Shown: in pieces, positions 26,315 through 39,222 of the stretch | How the letters are laid out: every line of letters begins with the position of its first letter | Position numbering within the stretch: position 1 is the stretch's first letter | Origin: Podarcis muralis | Taxonomy: Eukaryota | Reading direction: 5' to 3' | Length of the DNA stretch: 64,000 nt | Assembly (NCBI RefSeq): GCF_964188315.1 | Contig: NC_135657.1 | Location: 67,332,001 to 67,396,000 of the forward strand | The notes under the pieces: model-generated | Seen by the model: the letters and a program-made list of their open reading frames with translations, nothing else | Database searches by the model: none | What the model was told of the DNA's origin: nothing | Made by a program: the position numbers and the translations under genes

Positions 26315-26737
26315 GTCTTAGGGCTTATCCACCCTTATGCTTGCCCTGTACCTAGAAAGCATGGGTATCGATGCTTTCCCAGGGAAAACCCGTTAGCTCT
26401 AAAGCCCAAATTGCCCTTTGCTCTGGTTGAGCGCTAAAGAGCTGTTTTCCCTGGGGCAAAGCAGTAGGACAAGAAGAAGTGTGGACACGCACTTAATTTA
26501 TACCTACCAATTTAGGGGGTCATTCTGTGTAGCAGACCCCGTTCCTTTTCTTATAGCTCAGCCTATGGCAGAAGAAACTGGCTGTCCATGAGGAAAATGT
26601 TGCAAAGAAATCAGTAAGCACTTCCTTGGTTGGACTCCTACCCCCCCACCCCCATTTTACTCGTTGCAGGGCAAGAAGGGGGAAGAACAGCCATCCCCAC
26701 TATACCATGCTGAAAATATATTTTCTGCCCAAAGATA

Positions 26738-26742
<5 letters not shown>

Positions 26743-26807
<65 letters not shown>
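26743..26807. repeat. Compound (CT)n(CA)n microsatellite
   Basis: Direct reading. Confidence 0.95.
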
Positions 26808-26812
<5 letters not shown>

Positions 26813-26899
26813 TCCTTCCCTGCAGTGAGATGTATGAATGGGTAAAATGAGGTAGGTGCCCAGCACCCCCACTATACCATACGGTGGGGGAGGGGATTC

Positions 26900-27780
26900 C
26901 CAGCAGGCCAATAAAATGTGGCAGCATGTTTCCCATAAACCTAAATGGAAATGGCCTGTCTGAATAACTGCAGAGGTTTGTGGACTTATTCCCAAAGGAA
27001 GGATTGTTGTCAGAAGCTTTCAGGAGAGCTGTGGGAAGCCAGCAATCAACTCTAGTGCTGTTTCCTGTTTGCTGGCAATATCTACTGCAGTGACTGCTTG
27101 TTCTTGCCACTTTGAATCTCGCTGAATTGCAGGCTCTGAGCATCAATAAGATCCACTCGTGCTCCACACTGAATAAGCACACTCTCCCAATTTCACTGGG
27201 GTTTGCAAAGCTTGTATCCCCTTGCTGGAATGGGAACTGCATCCATGGTTCTGGATGGCAGACCAAACACTGCATCTAGCACGCCCTGCATGCCCGGATC
27301 CAGACACGACGTTCAGAAGCATGTGCATGGAACCAAACAGCTGGTCAGTGACATCATCAACTTTCGTGGTGCTGCAAAGGAATCAGCCTTATAACCAAAT
27401 TAGACCATTGATTCATCAAGCTCAATATTGCCTACAATGATTGACAGTGACTAAGCACATGATCTACTACTGCTAAGCACATGGTCTGCTACTGAGCTAT
27501 GGCTGTTACTCAGCATCCTACAGGTAGTCATCATCTGCCTGGAAAAAGAGGGACCAAATCTATCCTCTCCTGCTCCATCACCTTTTCTGTCAAGTGTAGG
27601 GAAAGTGGGCTTGGATTCAGGCAATCCTCTCTCTCTCCCATATGTGATTGGTACTGTTGTATAGCACTCCAAACATTGTCCACTAGCATACATGCAGGAA
27701 CTATACATTTTTCCAGCCAGAAGTCAACATATATAATGTCTGCCACAGCACACTTATTGATATGATTGATGGAACACACA
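26900..27780 (-). mobile_element. Ancient, heavily decayed CR1 RT fragment
   Basis: Antisense CAVADIIYVDF (~27730) resembles [11 protein letters not shown]; 'aagctttgcaaaccccagtgaaattgggaga' (~27200) resembles the [10 protein letters not shown] coding sequence; motif order is collinear with ORF2. Confidence 0.5.
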
Positions 27781-28850
27781 ACGGAAGGTAAGGTATTGTT
27801 TTATTGTCATGGCTTCCAACTAAGAAACACTGGGAACTGTGGTATTATGAAGAAGCACAGAATCTTCTGTATCCTCCCAAAATTCCAAACAAATCCATTT
27901 CAATGGGTTAAAATATAGTGGTATTCTACTAACTGCATTGTTCCCTTCTGTGATTGCACCATGAATCCTGGTATGCTGGACTGATTGGTATCTGTCATCT
28001 GATGTATGCCACAGATTAGAAGCTTTGTATGAAGCAGTAAAGATTTCCTACTGAATAGCTAAAGAGAAATGGCTGCTTCCCAGGTGTTTAGAAAAAAATT
28101 AAGATACTGCCATCATGCTCAGCACATGATCTTTCTGCTGTTGAAAATGACAGGGAACAGATCAGCAGCAAATGAAAAGAATGTCTGCTTCCAGCAGAGA
28201 CCAGTGAGGCATTTCACTGGCAGAAGTCACCTGCGACCACAGGAAATCAAGAGGAAACTGTCTGGAGGTGGCAGTGGAGATAGAGACATGTCTATCAGGG
28301 GCAATGAACACATGTTTGCTGATTGCATATAGAACAGATGTGTAAAAGAGTGTTGCTTTATCTCTCCTTGAGGATCACTTCCTGCTAATAGGTCTAGAGA
28401 AGGCAAACCGTGAATTTGCAGGCAACAGGAGGCTGCAAACCTACTTTGTTGCTTAGTTCTTGTTTTCTTGCTATCGGTCTTCAGCTAAAGTTCGCTGAGA
28501 TCTTCTGCTGCTGTTGGAGTGAAGCCTGTGCTTAACAGACTCAGCCTGTGCTGATATCAGCAGTCCAGGGGCTGCCATCCAGTCAGCAATTGCATGCTTT
28601 CTGCTCTCCCATTGATTGCCTTGCAGTAATGGCCAGCAGTTTCTTTGCCAGCAAGCTGTTCCACTAGAAATCGCTGCCTCTTTCTATGTGTTTAGCTCTC
28701 CGTGTGTGCAAGTAGGAGTGTGGGCAGTGGAACATAACACATGCATTAAAAGCCCATAGGCTTTCAAATGTAACACAGTATAAAGCCTGGGATATTTGAT
28801 TCTGGCCTAGGTGTGCTTACACTACTCAGAAAAGCTTTACAAGGCAGGTT

Positions 28851-29170
28851 AGGCTGAGAAATTGTGAGCTCCATGGCTGAATAGAGATTTGAACCCTTAT
28901 CTCCCATGACTTGCTCTAATACTCTAATCACTACACCACACTGTCTTTACCACAGCAGCAGCAGCATCACAAACATACTAGTGGCAGTAATTTTTATTCC
29001 TGTTTTCGAGTATTCAAAGCACTTCACAAGCATCATCTAGAAGTAATCTTTGCAACAAGGCACCCTGAGGCAACAGAGAGAGTGGTTTGACTAAGGCCAC
29101 CTAGAAACTTCATGGCAGAGGTGAGATTTGAACCAAGGAACTTCAGACTCTTAAGGCACTGAACAACACC
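28851..29170 (-). mobile_element. Two adjacent MIR/Ther1-related SINE fragments
   Basis: 'agatttgaaccc...ctctaatcactacaccacactg' (28851-28942) and 'actaaggccacctag...ttcatggcagaggtgagatttgaacc' (28990-29170). Confidence 0.55.
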
Positions 29171-29689
29171 AACATAATGGCTAAAGTACTGTTGTTTGCT
29201 TCATTAACATGCAAGAGCATAAGGAGCTCAGCGTCCTTTGGCTTCCTCAAAACTGAAACTAGAGATAAACTAAAGAAAAGTGACAAAAGCAATGCTTTCA
29301 TTCAGACTACAGAATCTAAAACATTCCAGGTCATGAAATTACCTGCATAATCTGATATAGAATCTGAGGTAAGTAAGCAACCAGATTAATCAGTATTCAG
29401 CCTACTTCCTATCTATACCAAGTACAAGGGAACAGGAGGGAATATTGCAGTTGCTGTAGAAGATTGTTTTTATTTAAAAGGGTCACTGCATTATGTTGCC
29501 ATTCAGTTCAAGGCCCATCCTCAGGGAAAGCATAATCCTTGCTGTGCAGAATTCAGATGACTAATCAAACAGAATATCTTCTACTCCACAAAGGCCAGCT
29601 CCATTAAAACCAATAATAAGGAAGCATCACAAATCTACAGTTAAAGAGACCAAGAAGCAAAATACAACACTGTTTTAATCTAGTGCTTC

Positions 29690-29900
29690 AGGGCTAATAG
29701 CACTGGGGCCTGACAAATTGTTTCAAGGAGGCAGTTCCACCACAGGGGCCTAGTCATAGTAGTACCACTCTTCATCACCTCTGAGTGAGGCCTCCACAGC
29801 AGGTACATTAATAGATGAGGAAGCAGCCCTTCAGATTCTCCAGTCCGAGACCATTTAAACTTTTATGGGTCAAAAACAGCATGTTGAAATGTGTAGTGAA
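29690..29900 (-). mobile_element. Old L2 ORF2 fragment
   Basis: 'ggaggcagttccac...aagcagcccttcagattctccagtccgagaccatttaaacttttatgggtcaaaaacagc' parallels the antisense young L2 at 39410-39620. Confidence 0.6.
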
Positions 29901-30143
29901 AAAAAGCTGATTATTTGGTGACCATCCAATCAACAAAGTCTTCTGGGCTGTTGACACGGAGCCATAACTGCAAATCTTTATCCCCTGAAATGTGTCCTAA
30001 TATCTCAGTTACAGCCGCATTGCTGAACTTTAGACTGGTTGGAATTTCTGAACCATCTTCATCAGCAGGCTTAACAAGGCATTATCAAGGAATGAATAAC
30101 TGGTAAAATCAAGTTTCTCCCAAAAAGGGCATCAACTGGAATG

Positions 30144-30430
30144 TACATACATACATACATAATTTTATTTATATGCTACTTTTCCATAGTTAAAGCCATG
30201 CCCAAGGCGGCTTACAACATGGAAAAAATTACATAGTTACAACAAACATAACAAAAGCAGTCATAAACAATAAATCAAACATCAAAAAGTACACAAGCAA
30301 ATCAAACAATTTCCACATAAATCATAATAAGATCTAAAATAAATATACAATATATATATAAAAAAACAGCAATAGCCCTGCTCCTAACAAAAACCCTTCA
30401 ACAATACCCCAACCCAACACTACACCAACC
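30144..30430 (-). mobile_element. L2 3' tail and AC-rich 3' UTR
   Basis: (TACA)n tail then 'catgcccaaggcggcttacaaca'. Confidence 0.55.
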
Positions 30431-30452
30431 AAAGTCAGTGAAAGGTGGAATT

Positions 30453-30712
30453 CCCGTCTGTGGAATGCTCTCCCCAGGGAAGTTCGCCTGGCGCCTTCAT
30501 TATACACCGTTAGGCACCAGGCAAAAACGTTCCTTTTTTAACCAGGCCTTTGGTTGATCTGATTTATATCCTATACCCTTTTAAAATGTGGTTCTGGGGG
30601 GGGGGTATTATTGGATTGTTGCTTTTATTTTGATTATATATATATATTGTGGGTTTTATGTTGATCTTTTCCGTGAACCGCCCTGAGACCTACGGGTATA
30701 GGGTGGTATATA

Positions 30713-30757
<45 letters not shown>
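30453..30757 (+). mobile_element. L2 3' end with (GAT)15 tail
   Basis: 'ctgtggaatgctctccccagg...ccaggcctttgg...gtgaaccgccctgagacctacgggtatagggtggtatata' followed by (GAT)n at 30713-30757. Confidence 0.85.
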
Positions 30758-31347
30758 ATTAATGTGCTATATGCCACAGATACTACCTTAAATGACCCCT
30801 GTCCAAAAGCAAGGGAACATGCTTTGTATTTTTACCCTATTTTGAAAGAGTGTTTAAACACCTGAGTACATCAACTGAAGTCAATAGTGCTATACAAGGT
30901 CACGCTTAGATTCTCTGCTAAAGTGTGGCATTTGCGTTCCTGGCTTCGATTTTATACAAACAACATTGACTTGGAAATGCATTTATCATCACTTTGTTGG
31001 CAATCTAGTTTTGAGGTGCCAGAGCGTGCAACTCAGGAGAGATTTCATAGTGTTCTATTAAAATTATAAAGGGAGACAAATCAAGGAGCAAGCTTGAAAT
31101 GTTAAAAAAGTATTCTTTACACACAAAAAGCCATTTACACTATTCCCCCCTCCCATAACTTGCATTCTGAGATCAGCAGCATGTTGAAATGAGAAATTTC
31201 ATTGGTTTTTTTGTTGATCCTGCATGAAATGTGTTGGAAACAAACTTGGACCTTTAGGAACAATCAGAGTGAGAACAAAAAAAAAATCTGGAAGAAAATG
31301 GCATTGCTTGGGTAGACTGGGAAAGGCACGACAGCTTAATTTCCAGG

Positions 31348-31396
<49 letters not shown>
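31348..31396. repeat. (ATT)n microsatellite
   Basis: Direct reading. Confidence 0.95.
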
Positions 31397-31400
<4 letters not shown>

Positions 31401-31740
31401 TAGCATTTTTAAAAATAGCCCTGTGAAAAAGTATGACCTTCCTTGTATTTAAAGAAAAGTACTTACTGGTCATCTTTTCCATAGAGTTTTTTAAAAGAGA
31501 AGTTTAATACAATTGGCAAACATGCTTTTTTAAAAAAGAAACTGAATCTTACTGAATGTTTTTCAGATATCATATCAACACACAACCGGTATTTGAGGAA
31601 TGTGCACCAAGCACAGCTGTTCAAGCATAAGAAATTGGGCTGATGTCACTGAAGGCAAACAAAGCCAGTTCAAGACGTGTTGTCCTCACTTTGAATGCTT
31701 TCACATCCTTGCAGCACAATAAGCAAAACACAGCTGCAAT

Positions 31741-32075
31741 TAGAAATGGGGGAGAAATTTGATTCAGTTCGCATTTAAAGCCAAATGAATGAAATTTGCA
31801 CTTTCTGAAACAATATAAAAACCATAACACAGTCACCGTTTGAAAGTCACACATCCAGAGTTTGTGATTCAGTTTACATAAATGCATTATTTTAGGAGAC
31901 AATGCTTGGAGGAAAATGTGCAACTTCAGAGAAAATTGTACAAAAATGCTGAATAATTTTCATGAGGACTTTTAAAAAAGTAAAATCATAGATTTCTGCA
32001 GACATGTGGAGAACTGAATTTAAGACGGAAGACATGAAAAGTGGGGAAAGAGAGGATACTTTTCAATGTTGCTGA
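31741..32075. mobile_element. Probable old non-autonomous DNA transposon fragment
   Basis: Start 'tagaaatgggggagaaatttgattcagttcgcatttaaagcc' recalls a common squamate repeat; recognised from memory only, no TSD seen. Confidence 0.35.
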
Positions 32076-32744
32076 AAATAGTCACAAAAAGTGCCCCGTT
32101 TCAGTTCACCTCTCATCTTTATGCTGTAAGGTTGACAGCAGCAAAGAACCCTGCTGCTACACTGATTTGGAAAGCACTCCCTTCAGCAAGGATTCGATTA
32201 GAGATGTAAAAAGTGACTACTCAGAAAACAATAACTTAGGGTGGTCCAAGCACTGCCAAGAGAAAATAAAATCATTCCCAAGTGCACCATTCCAGTTTCA
32301 AATGCTATTTTAATGTGATGTCCAAAAATATGGCCACCTCGCATTGTACATCATGCTTTGGTTGGCATTTAATTCCATCCTCTGTATGACAAGTTTGATG
32401 TCTTAGTGCAAGCAGCTATGATAAAGACAAGAGTTGCTTGTTTGATCTCAAGATCATAAATATGAGTCGAACTCTCCAGAGGAAGAAGGAAAAAACCAAG
32501 GGAGTTGGCCAGCAGTGAGAAGGGAGGAACAAACATTTGCATAATAGGCACAGTGACAGTCTAACAAGAATCTTAGTCATTCACTGACATCTCACATTTT
32601 TAATAATCCAGTGATTATTGAAGAATCATAGGAAAGAAAGAGAATCTGTCAGCCAAGAAAGCAGCAGGTAAAAACTACATGAGTGCTAGCAAGCACTGCC
32701 TAGCATCCCTCAGTACAGCAAACTGTCAGAAAAGACCTCTAGGA

Positions 32745-33190
32745 CTCACGTACCTATGGGACCACCTCTCCTGGTATGCCCCGCGGAGGACCTTAAGGTC
32801 CATAAATGACAACACTTTGGAGGCCCCAAGTCGCAAGGTGGTTAGACTGGTCTCAACTAAGGCCAGGGCCTTTTCAGTACTGGCCCCAACTTGGTGGAAC
32901 GCTCTGTCACAAGAGACTAGGGCCCTGCGGGACTTGATGTCTTTCTGCAGGGCCTGTAAGACAGAGCTGTTCTGCCTGGCCTTTGGTTTGGACTCAGTCT
33001 GACCCTTATGTTTCCCTCCCCTTATGGTTTTGATCTATGGTCTACTATTAAAATGAGGCTGCATTTTAAATTGTATTTTTAACCTGTATTTTAAATTGGC
33101 CCCCCCCCCATTAAGTTTTTGTTGTAATTTTACTGGTGTTAGCTGCCCTGAGCCCGGCTCTGGCCGGGAAGGGCGGGGTATAAATAAAAA
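32745..33190 (+). mobile_element. L2 3' end (second subfamily)
   Basis: Translation YLWDHLSWYAPRRTLRS...ARAFSVLAPTWWNALSQE...CKTELFCLAFG; terminus 'gttagctgccctgagcccggctctggccgggaagggcggggtataaataaa'. Confidence 0.9.
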
Positions 33191-33199
33191 TATAAAAGT

Positions 33200-33371
33200 A
33201 GAAGAAGAGGAGGAGGAGTTTGGATTTGATATCCCGCTTTATCACTACCCGAAGGAGTCTCAAAGCGGCTAACTTTGTCCTTTCCCTTCCTCTCCCACAA
33301 CAAACACTCTGTGAGGTGAGGCTGAGAGACTTCAGAGAAGTATGACTAGCCCAAGGTCACCCAGCAGCTGC
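33200..33371 (-). mobile_element. 5'-truncated tRNA-derived SINE with L2-like 3' end
   Basis: Reverse complement matches the split SINE at 39127-39222 plus 39850-39984; (CTT/CTC)n tail. Confidence 0.88.
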
Positions 33372-33451
33372 TGGCTCTTTTGTAGAAGCAGAAAACAAAC
33401 AAATGAGTGACATTGACATAGTAGTGATGGGTAGAAATGTGTAGAAATAGC

Positions 33452-33824
33452 CAGTGCTTTTTTCCCTAAAAAAATGTATAGGGGTACCCCCCTTTTGACT
33501 CAAGAAAATCACCATTTTATAGTTCAAATTGGGAAAAATAAATACAGTAAATGGACAAAAGTACAAAGAACATGCATTACCTCATATTAAATCCACATTC
33601 CACACTGCTTCACACAATACAAGCTCACTTCTGTCTGAGACTCAGGAAACACCAGGAAAGGAAATGAGGCCGCCATTGGGGGTAGCAAGGGAACTGACAA
33701 TTTGCCGTACTAGAGAAGAAACTATAAAAAAAATATTAAAAAATAAATAGTTCCTTCTTCCGTTAGATTCACAAAATGTTTAGGGGTAAGTGTACCCCTG
33801 CATCCTCCCAGAAAAAAAGCACTG
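33452..33824. mobile_element. hAT MITE, 373-bp copy (same family as 26141, opposite orientation)
   Basis: TIR cagtgctttttt / aaaaaagcactg; perfect 8-bp TSD gaaatagc (33444-33451, 33825-33832). Confidence 0.93.
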
Positions 33825-36437
33825 GAAATAGCCAAAAAACCTCCTCTTATGGGACACTAGTAGTTGCTTTGCAGTCTAATCCTGTAATGCTGGTAGTTTA
33901 GTATAGGCCCTGGACCGAACACTTAGTCAACTGCTTATATAGCTGCAGCCAGGGGGACGCCTGCACAGGCAACTGCTCCTTGCTTCTACAATAATTATTC
34001 TGAATACAAAGGATATGGCAGTGAGACGGCTCTTCCAACACTCGGGCTTGTGCAACGTTTTATAGAGAGCCAGTGAGACCAACAAAACTATTCTCTGGAC
34101 TTTCATAATACACACTAATAATAGTATAGTGTACCAGTAATAATAAGGCATGGGGAAAACCTTGTGAGTCTTCCTTGGGAGGCTTGGGATGCAAAACTAG
34201 CTGCAAGGATGGATGTTAACATCTGTGGCCCACAGCTCAGCTATCATGCACAGGCAGGACCGAGTTGTCAGCCTTCATACATTTATTCATTCATTTATAC
34301 AGTTTTCATTAACTACACACTGCACATAAATCAATCTGAGACACAGGTTTTGCCTTTCGGCTTATAATTCAATTAACAAAAATAAAAAATAAAAAAAATC
34401 AGTTTAACATGTCGCATTAAGGGCTTTCTATGTTCACTCAAGCTCCAAAAATCTGGGAAATTACAGCTTTTAAGTGTCATGCCTTAACAGACATTATATT
34501 TAGACAATATTGATGTGGCATGGTATGCCATCCTATTCTGTTTTAAATGCCAGCTTCACCACATTCTTGGTTGTTAGTGGTGGATCAGATTTTTCCATTC
34601 ACTGCAATAACCACATGGAGTCTATGCAACTGAAGCTACCATGTGACTGAAGCTATGATTCTGCATCACAATGACCTACCGGTAACTGGCTTCCACAAAG
34701 AACAATAGAGTTGGAAGGGAGGGGAAACTTTTCATCTGCAAACTTCAGCTTACCTCAGGAGCCCTTTTTGCAAATAAAGTGCTACAACAATCGACAAGTA
34801 AGCTTGTTCTTATAGTTAATCAGGTTCAGCATTTATTAATCTACCTGTAGCAAAGGCAGGTGATGCTCAGTACCAAAAACATCAAGCATTTTGAGTAACC
34901 GGCAGCACTGAAGAATCCCCTACTGCTCAGACATGCAATTACATGCAAGCCATGCAATTACATGCCAGAAAAGAAGGGAAGGTTAGAGGCGTGGAAATGT
35001 TTAGGGAAAGTCGTGTGCCAAAAATATGGACATTTCAAATAAACTAGGAATTACTTTTAAAAAAACAACATTACAATTGTTTGTTTTTTAGCCCATAAAG
35101 AAGATATCAAGCAATGCACAGGTCAACACATTTGAACATAACATTTGTCAAATCATGCTGGATAACTAACAAATTAGTATGTTTACAGATAATTTGCTAC
35201 TAAATATGAGCCGAGTTTATCAATTAAATTGTACACTGTGAACTGTGAACCCAGCAACCCGCCTGCTAAATAATTTACTTTTTGTCACCCATGCTGAGAA
35301 TATTTTGTTTCACAGATTCTTCACCCACAGGCAGAGACGTTTAATAATTTTCATTTCCTTCTCTGGATGCCACATTTATTGCTGTTCCTTCACCCCTCCC
35401 AGTAGGATCATTTGCCAGGCCTTAAATTAGATGGTGACAGGAGCTGTGTTCCCCAAATACCCATTACATTTCCCCCCCATTAACGGTTCTGAAGTAGAAA
35501 GAGAACATTTTCCAGTGTCTCTCTGTTATGGCTCAAAAGATCCTTTTCTTTCCACTCACCAGGAGCTACCACAGTGTATAATCTCCACATATGCCACAGG
35601 GATGCATTTGTCATTGTTTGGACCTGAGTAATATGCAACCTACCCATCTGTTTGAACACGGGCCTGATTAATATGCCGTTAGGCATTCTGGCAATACAGA
35701 GACATTAAACGGGTTATCTGAAACCTGAACTAATTAGGCTGTTTTGGTGAGTGTGCGCGCACACGCACGCACACACACACACCAAGAAGGAACAATTAAT
35801 GGCATTAAGTTCAGAGAATCACCTTCTGAAAGAGCTCTGGTAATACAAGCGGCAAGGAACGCACCTCTTGTTCCCTTCCACAATGGAAGCCCTTCCTTAG
35901 GAAGATTATTTGCAGATGCCACGTCTGTCTCCACTGATGTGGAAATTATGACTAGCACCAACAGCCGTGATGGAAGGATAATTAAAAAATAATTAACAAG
36001 AATAATTTGCACGGGGCCATGGGACAACGGCTTTTATTTCATCAGCTGTAATAAGTGATTAGATAGGTACACAATGTTTCTGTAGCAGCATCAGTCATCT
36101 CGGGGGGGGGGGGGCGTTTAAAAAAAACACAGACACACACAAGGGGAGGGGACAGGATGGAATGGTATTCAGGAAATAATAATTAATTACTTTCTCCTTT
36201 TCATTTCTTCTACTCTTAATACAGTAAATCACACTGCCAAGATGCTCAGTTCAAAATAAGCAGTTCAGCATGAATCACCTTCTCATTACTGTATCTAGTC
36301 AGGAATGAGATAATCTGTATAAGTATGAGCTGTAACTCAGTGATCAGGCACATGCTCTGCATACCAGGAGTTAGGTTTGCCTCAACCTCCTTGGAGCACC
36401 ATATCTGATCATGGCAGGAATACCTCTACAGAGACCT

Positions 36438-36632
36438 TTTGTTGTTTAGTAGTTTAATCGTGTCTGACTCTTTGTGACCCCATGAACCAGAGCACACCAG
36501 GCACTCCTGTCTTCCACTGCCTCCCGCAGTTTGGTCAAACTCATGCTGGTAGCTTCGAGAAAACTGTCCAACCATCTCGTCCTCTGTCTTCCCCTTCTCC
36601 TTGTGCCCTCCATCTTTCCCAACATCAGGGTT
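36438..36632 (-). mobile_element. BovB (RTE) LINE 3' end, 5'-truncated
   Basis: 'gttgtttagt...gtgtctgactctttgtgaccccatgaacc...ccaaccatctcgtcctctgtcttccccttctcc...ctttcccaacatcagggt' is the antisense BovB terminus; perfect 14-bp TSD ctctacagagacct (36424-36437, 36633-36646). Confidence 0.92.
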
Positions 36633-37933
36633 CTCTACAGAGACCTAGAGAAACTATATTTCCATTCTGGGCTGGTCTTTTACAGGTAGCGGACCATTGA
36701 TTTGACACAGTACATAAGGCAGATCTTTATTAGAATGAATAGAGAAACGGAGTTGCTGTTTTTTAATGAATTTGGAGCCTGCCTTAGGTGATAAAAACAG
36801 TGTAAAGAAAATGAATTTGGGCATGAACAATGAACAGCAGATGGCAGCAGACAGGAAGCTGCAAGAGTCCTTGTGAAGAGGCCAGAAACCCATTTGATTT
36901 CATGACACCATGTGGCGGTGGTGGAGATAACTAGAACGATGGTCAGGAACAAAAAACAGTCAGTGCAGATTTCTCAATGATTCAGGCATAAACAATCATT
37001 TCCCCACATTTGATCTCTGTACCTGGTATATAGGGGTTTTTTTATTTTAAAAAATCTTTGCCACTTGGTAGGCTGATGCATAGCACCCATATAACAGACC
37101 CTGATTGCATCCAGGCTGGGTTACTAAAATGATCTCTGTGGGTCCTCCTTTAATGACACTTAGGAATGGATGTGTTGATCCAGTCCGCATCCCTTGCACA
37201 CACACAAGTGGATTGGCAAATCTATGCCAATACTTTTTCTTAGGGGGAAAAACTGCATGCTTTCAAAACACTTGAGTTAGAAGTGCTCAGATGTGATCCA
37301 AGGGCTTTCATGATTCTGTCTTTCTGTCCTTGTTCTTAAGCTGCTTCTAGTCACATGTAGCAGCTGGAAAACACAGGACTTACCATGCTTATTCAAAAGG
37401 TCTGAGTACAAGGCTCCTGGAAGCAGCAGCAGCACATGGTGATGTGCCACTCTTTCCTAGTTCTTTGTTTTCACATTTTAATAGATATTACCTTTAACTG
37501 AATGCTAAAGTGCTGAGTCTTCACTCCAGGTGTGTGGTAAAAAGGCAGAAATCTAAACCGTGCTTGGAAAAGTTCATAGGCAAGCAATCTAGTCCATATT
37601 CTGATCCAAGGATGGTGTGTGGGATGCAAACCAAACAGGTTCAGTCCAGATTGTGGAGCAAACTGGAATCCTCCCCTGTCTCTAATGCCAGTCCAGAGAG
37701 CCTAAATGGCGGGAAAATGTGGTAGCAAAAGCACTGGGTCAAACATTCAGAACATATCACACCAATTCTACACTGATTATACTGGCTGGCTGCTTGTTCC
37801 CTGGCCCAATTTACAGGGCTGGTTTGGGCCTTCAAGCATCAAAACAGTTTGAGATTAGATTATCTGAAAGACCATCTGTACCTAAATGAATCTGCTCGGC
37901 ATTTACAATTAGCTACTGCAGTGCCAGTGTGGT

Positions 37934-39123
37934 CATAGAATAGAATCATAGAATCATAGAGTTGGAAGAGACCACAAGGGCCATCGAGTCCAACCCCCTG
38001 CCAAGCAGGAAACACCATCAGAGCACTCCTGACATATGGTTGTCAAGCCTCTGCTTAAAGACCTCCAAAGAAGGAGACTCCACCACACTCCTTGGCAGCA
38101 AATTCCACTGTTGAACAGCTCTTACTGTCAGGAAGTTCTTCCTAATGTTTAGGTGGAATCTTCTTTCTTGTAGTTTGGATCCATTGCTCCGTGTCCGCTT
38201 CTCTGGAGCAGCAGAAAACAGCCTTTCTCCCTCCTCTATGTGACATCCTTTTATATATTTGTACATGGCTATCATATCACCCCGTAACCTCCTCTTCTCC
38301 AGGCTAAACATGCCCAGCTCCCTTAGCCGTTCCTCATAAGGCATCGTTTCCAGGCCTTTGACCATTTTGGTTGCCCTCCTCTGGACACGTTCGAGTTTGT
38401 CAGTGTCCTTCTTGAACTGTGGTGCCCAGAACTGGACACAGTACTCCAGGTGAGGTCTGACCAGAGCAGAATACAGTGGCACTATTACTTCCCTTGATCT
38501 AGATGCTATACTCCTATTGATGAGGCCCAGAATTGCATTGGCTTTTTTAGCTGCCGCGTCACATTGTTGGCTCATGTCAAGTTTGTGGTCAACCAAGACT
38601 CCTAGATCCTTTTCACATGTACTGCTCTCAAGCCAGGTGTCCCCCATCTTGTATTTGTGCCTCTCATTTTTTTTGCCCAAGTGCAATACTTTACATTTCT
38701 CCCTGTTAAAATTCATCTTGTTTGTTTTGGCCCAGTTCTCTAATCTGTCAAGGTCGTTTTGAAGTGTGATCCTGTCCTCTGGGGTGTTAGTCACCCCTCC
38801 CAGTTTGGTGTCATCTGCAAATTTTATCAGGATGCCCTTGAGTCCATCATCCAAGTCGTTGATAAAGATGTTGAATAAGACCGGGCCCAAGACAGAACCC
38901 TGTGGCACCCCACTAGTCACTCTTCTCCAGGATGAAGAGGAACCATTGATGAGCACCCTTTGGGTTCGGTCAGTCAGCCAGTTACAAATCCACTGAGTGG
39001 TAGCATAGTCAAGACCGCATTTTACCAGCTTCTTTACAAGAATATCATGGGGCACCTTGTCAAATGCCTTGCTGAAATCAAGGTAGACTACATCCACTGC
39101 GTTCCCTTCATCTACCAGGCTTG
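37934..39123 (-). mobile_element. Young 5'-truncated CR1 LINE (1.19 kb, RT C-terminal half, open frame to TGA at 38018-38020)
   Basis: Protein nearly identical to ORF2 at 56450-57550 ([21 protein letters not shown]); (TTCTATGA)n tail; probable 4-bp TSD tggt (37930-33, 39127-30). Confidence 0.97.
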
Positions 39124-39222
39124 CTCTGGTGTAGTGGTTAAGAGCGGTAGATTCGTAATCTGGGGAACCGGGTTCGCTTCTCCGCTCCTCCACATGCAGC
39201 TGCTGGGTGACCTTCGGCTAGT

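Noticed and set aside
39124-39193. N-terminus [23 protein letters not shown] of the 391-aa ORF
   Set aside because: It is the antisense SINE head read in frame into the truncated CR1; not a real protein start.
39127-39200. tRNA gene
   Set aside because: A and B boxes are present but it continues into a SINE body; the same applies to 21917 and 49546.
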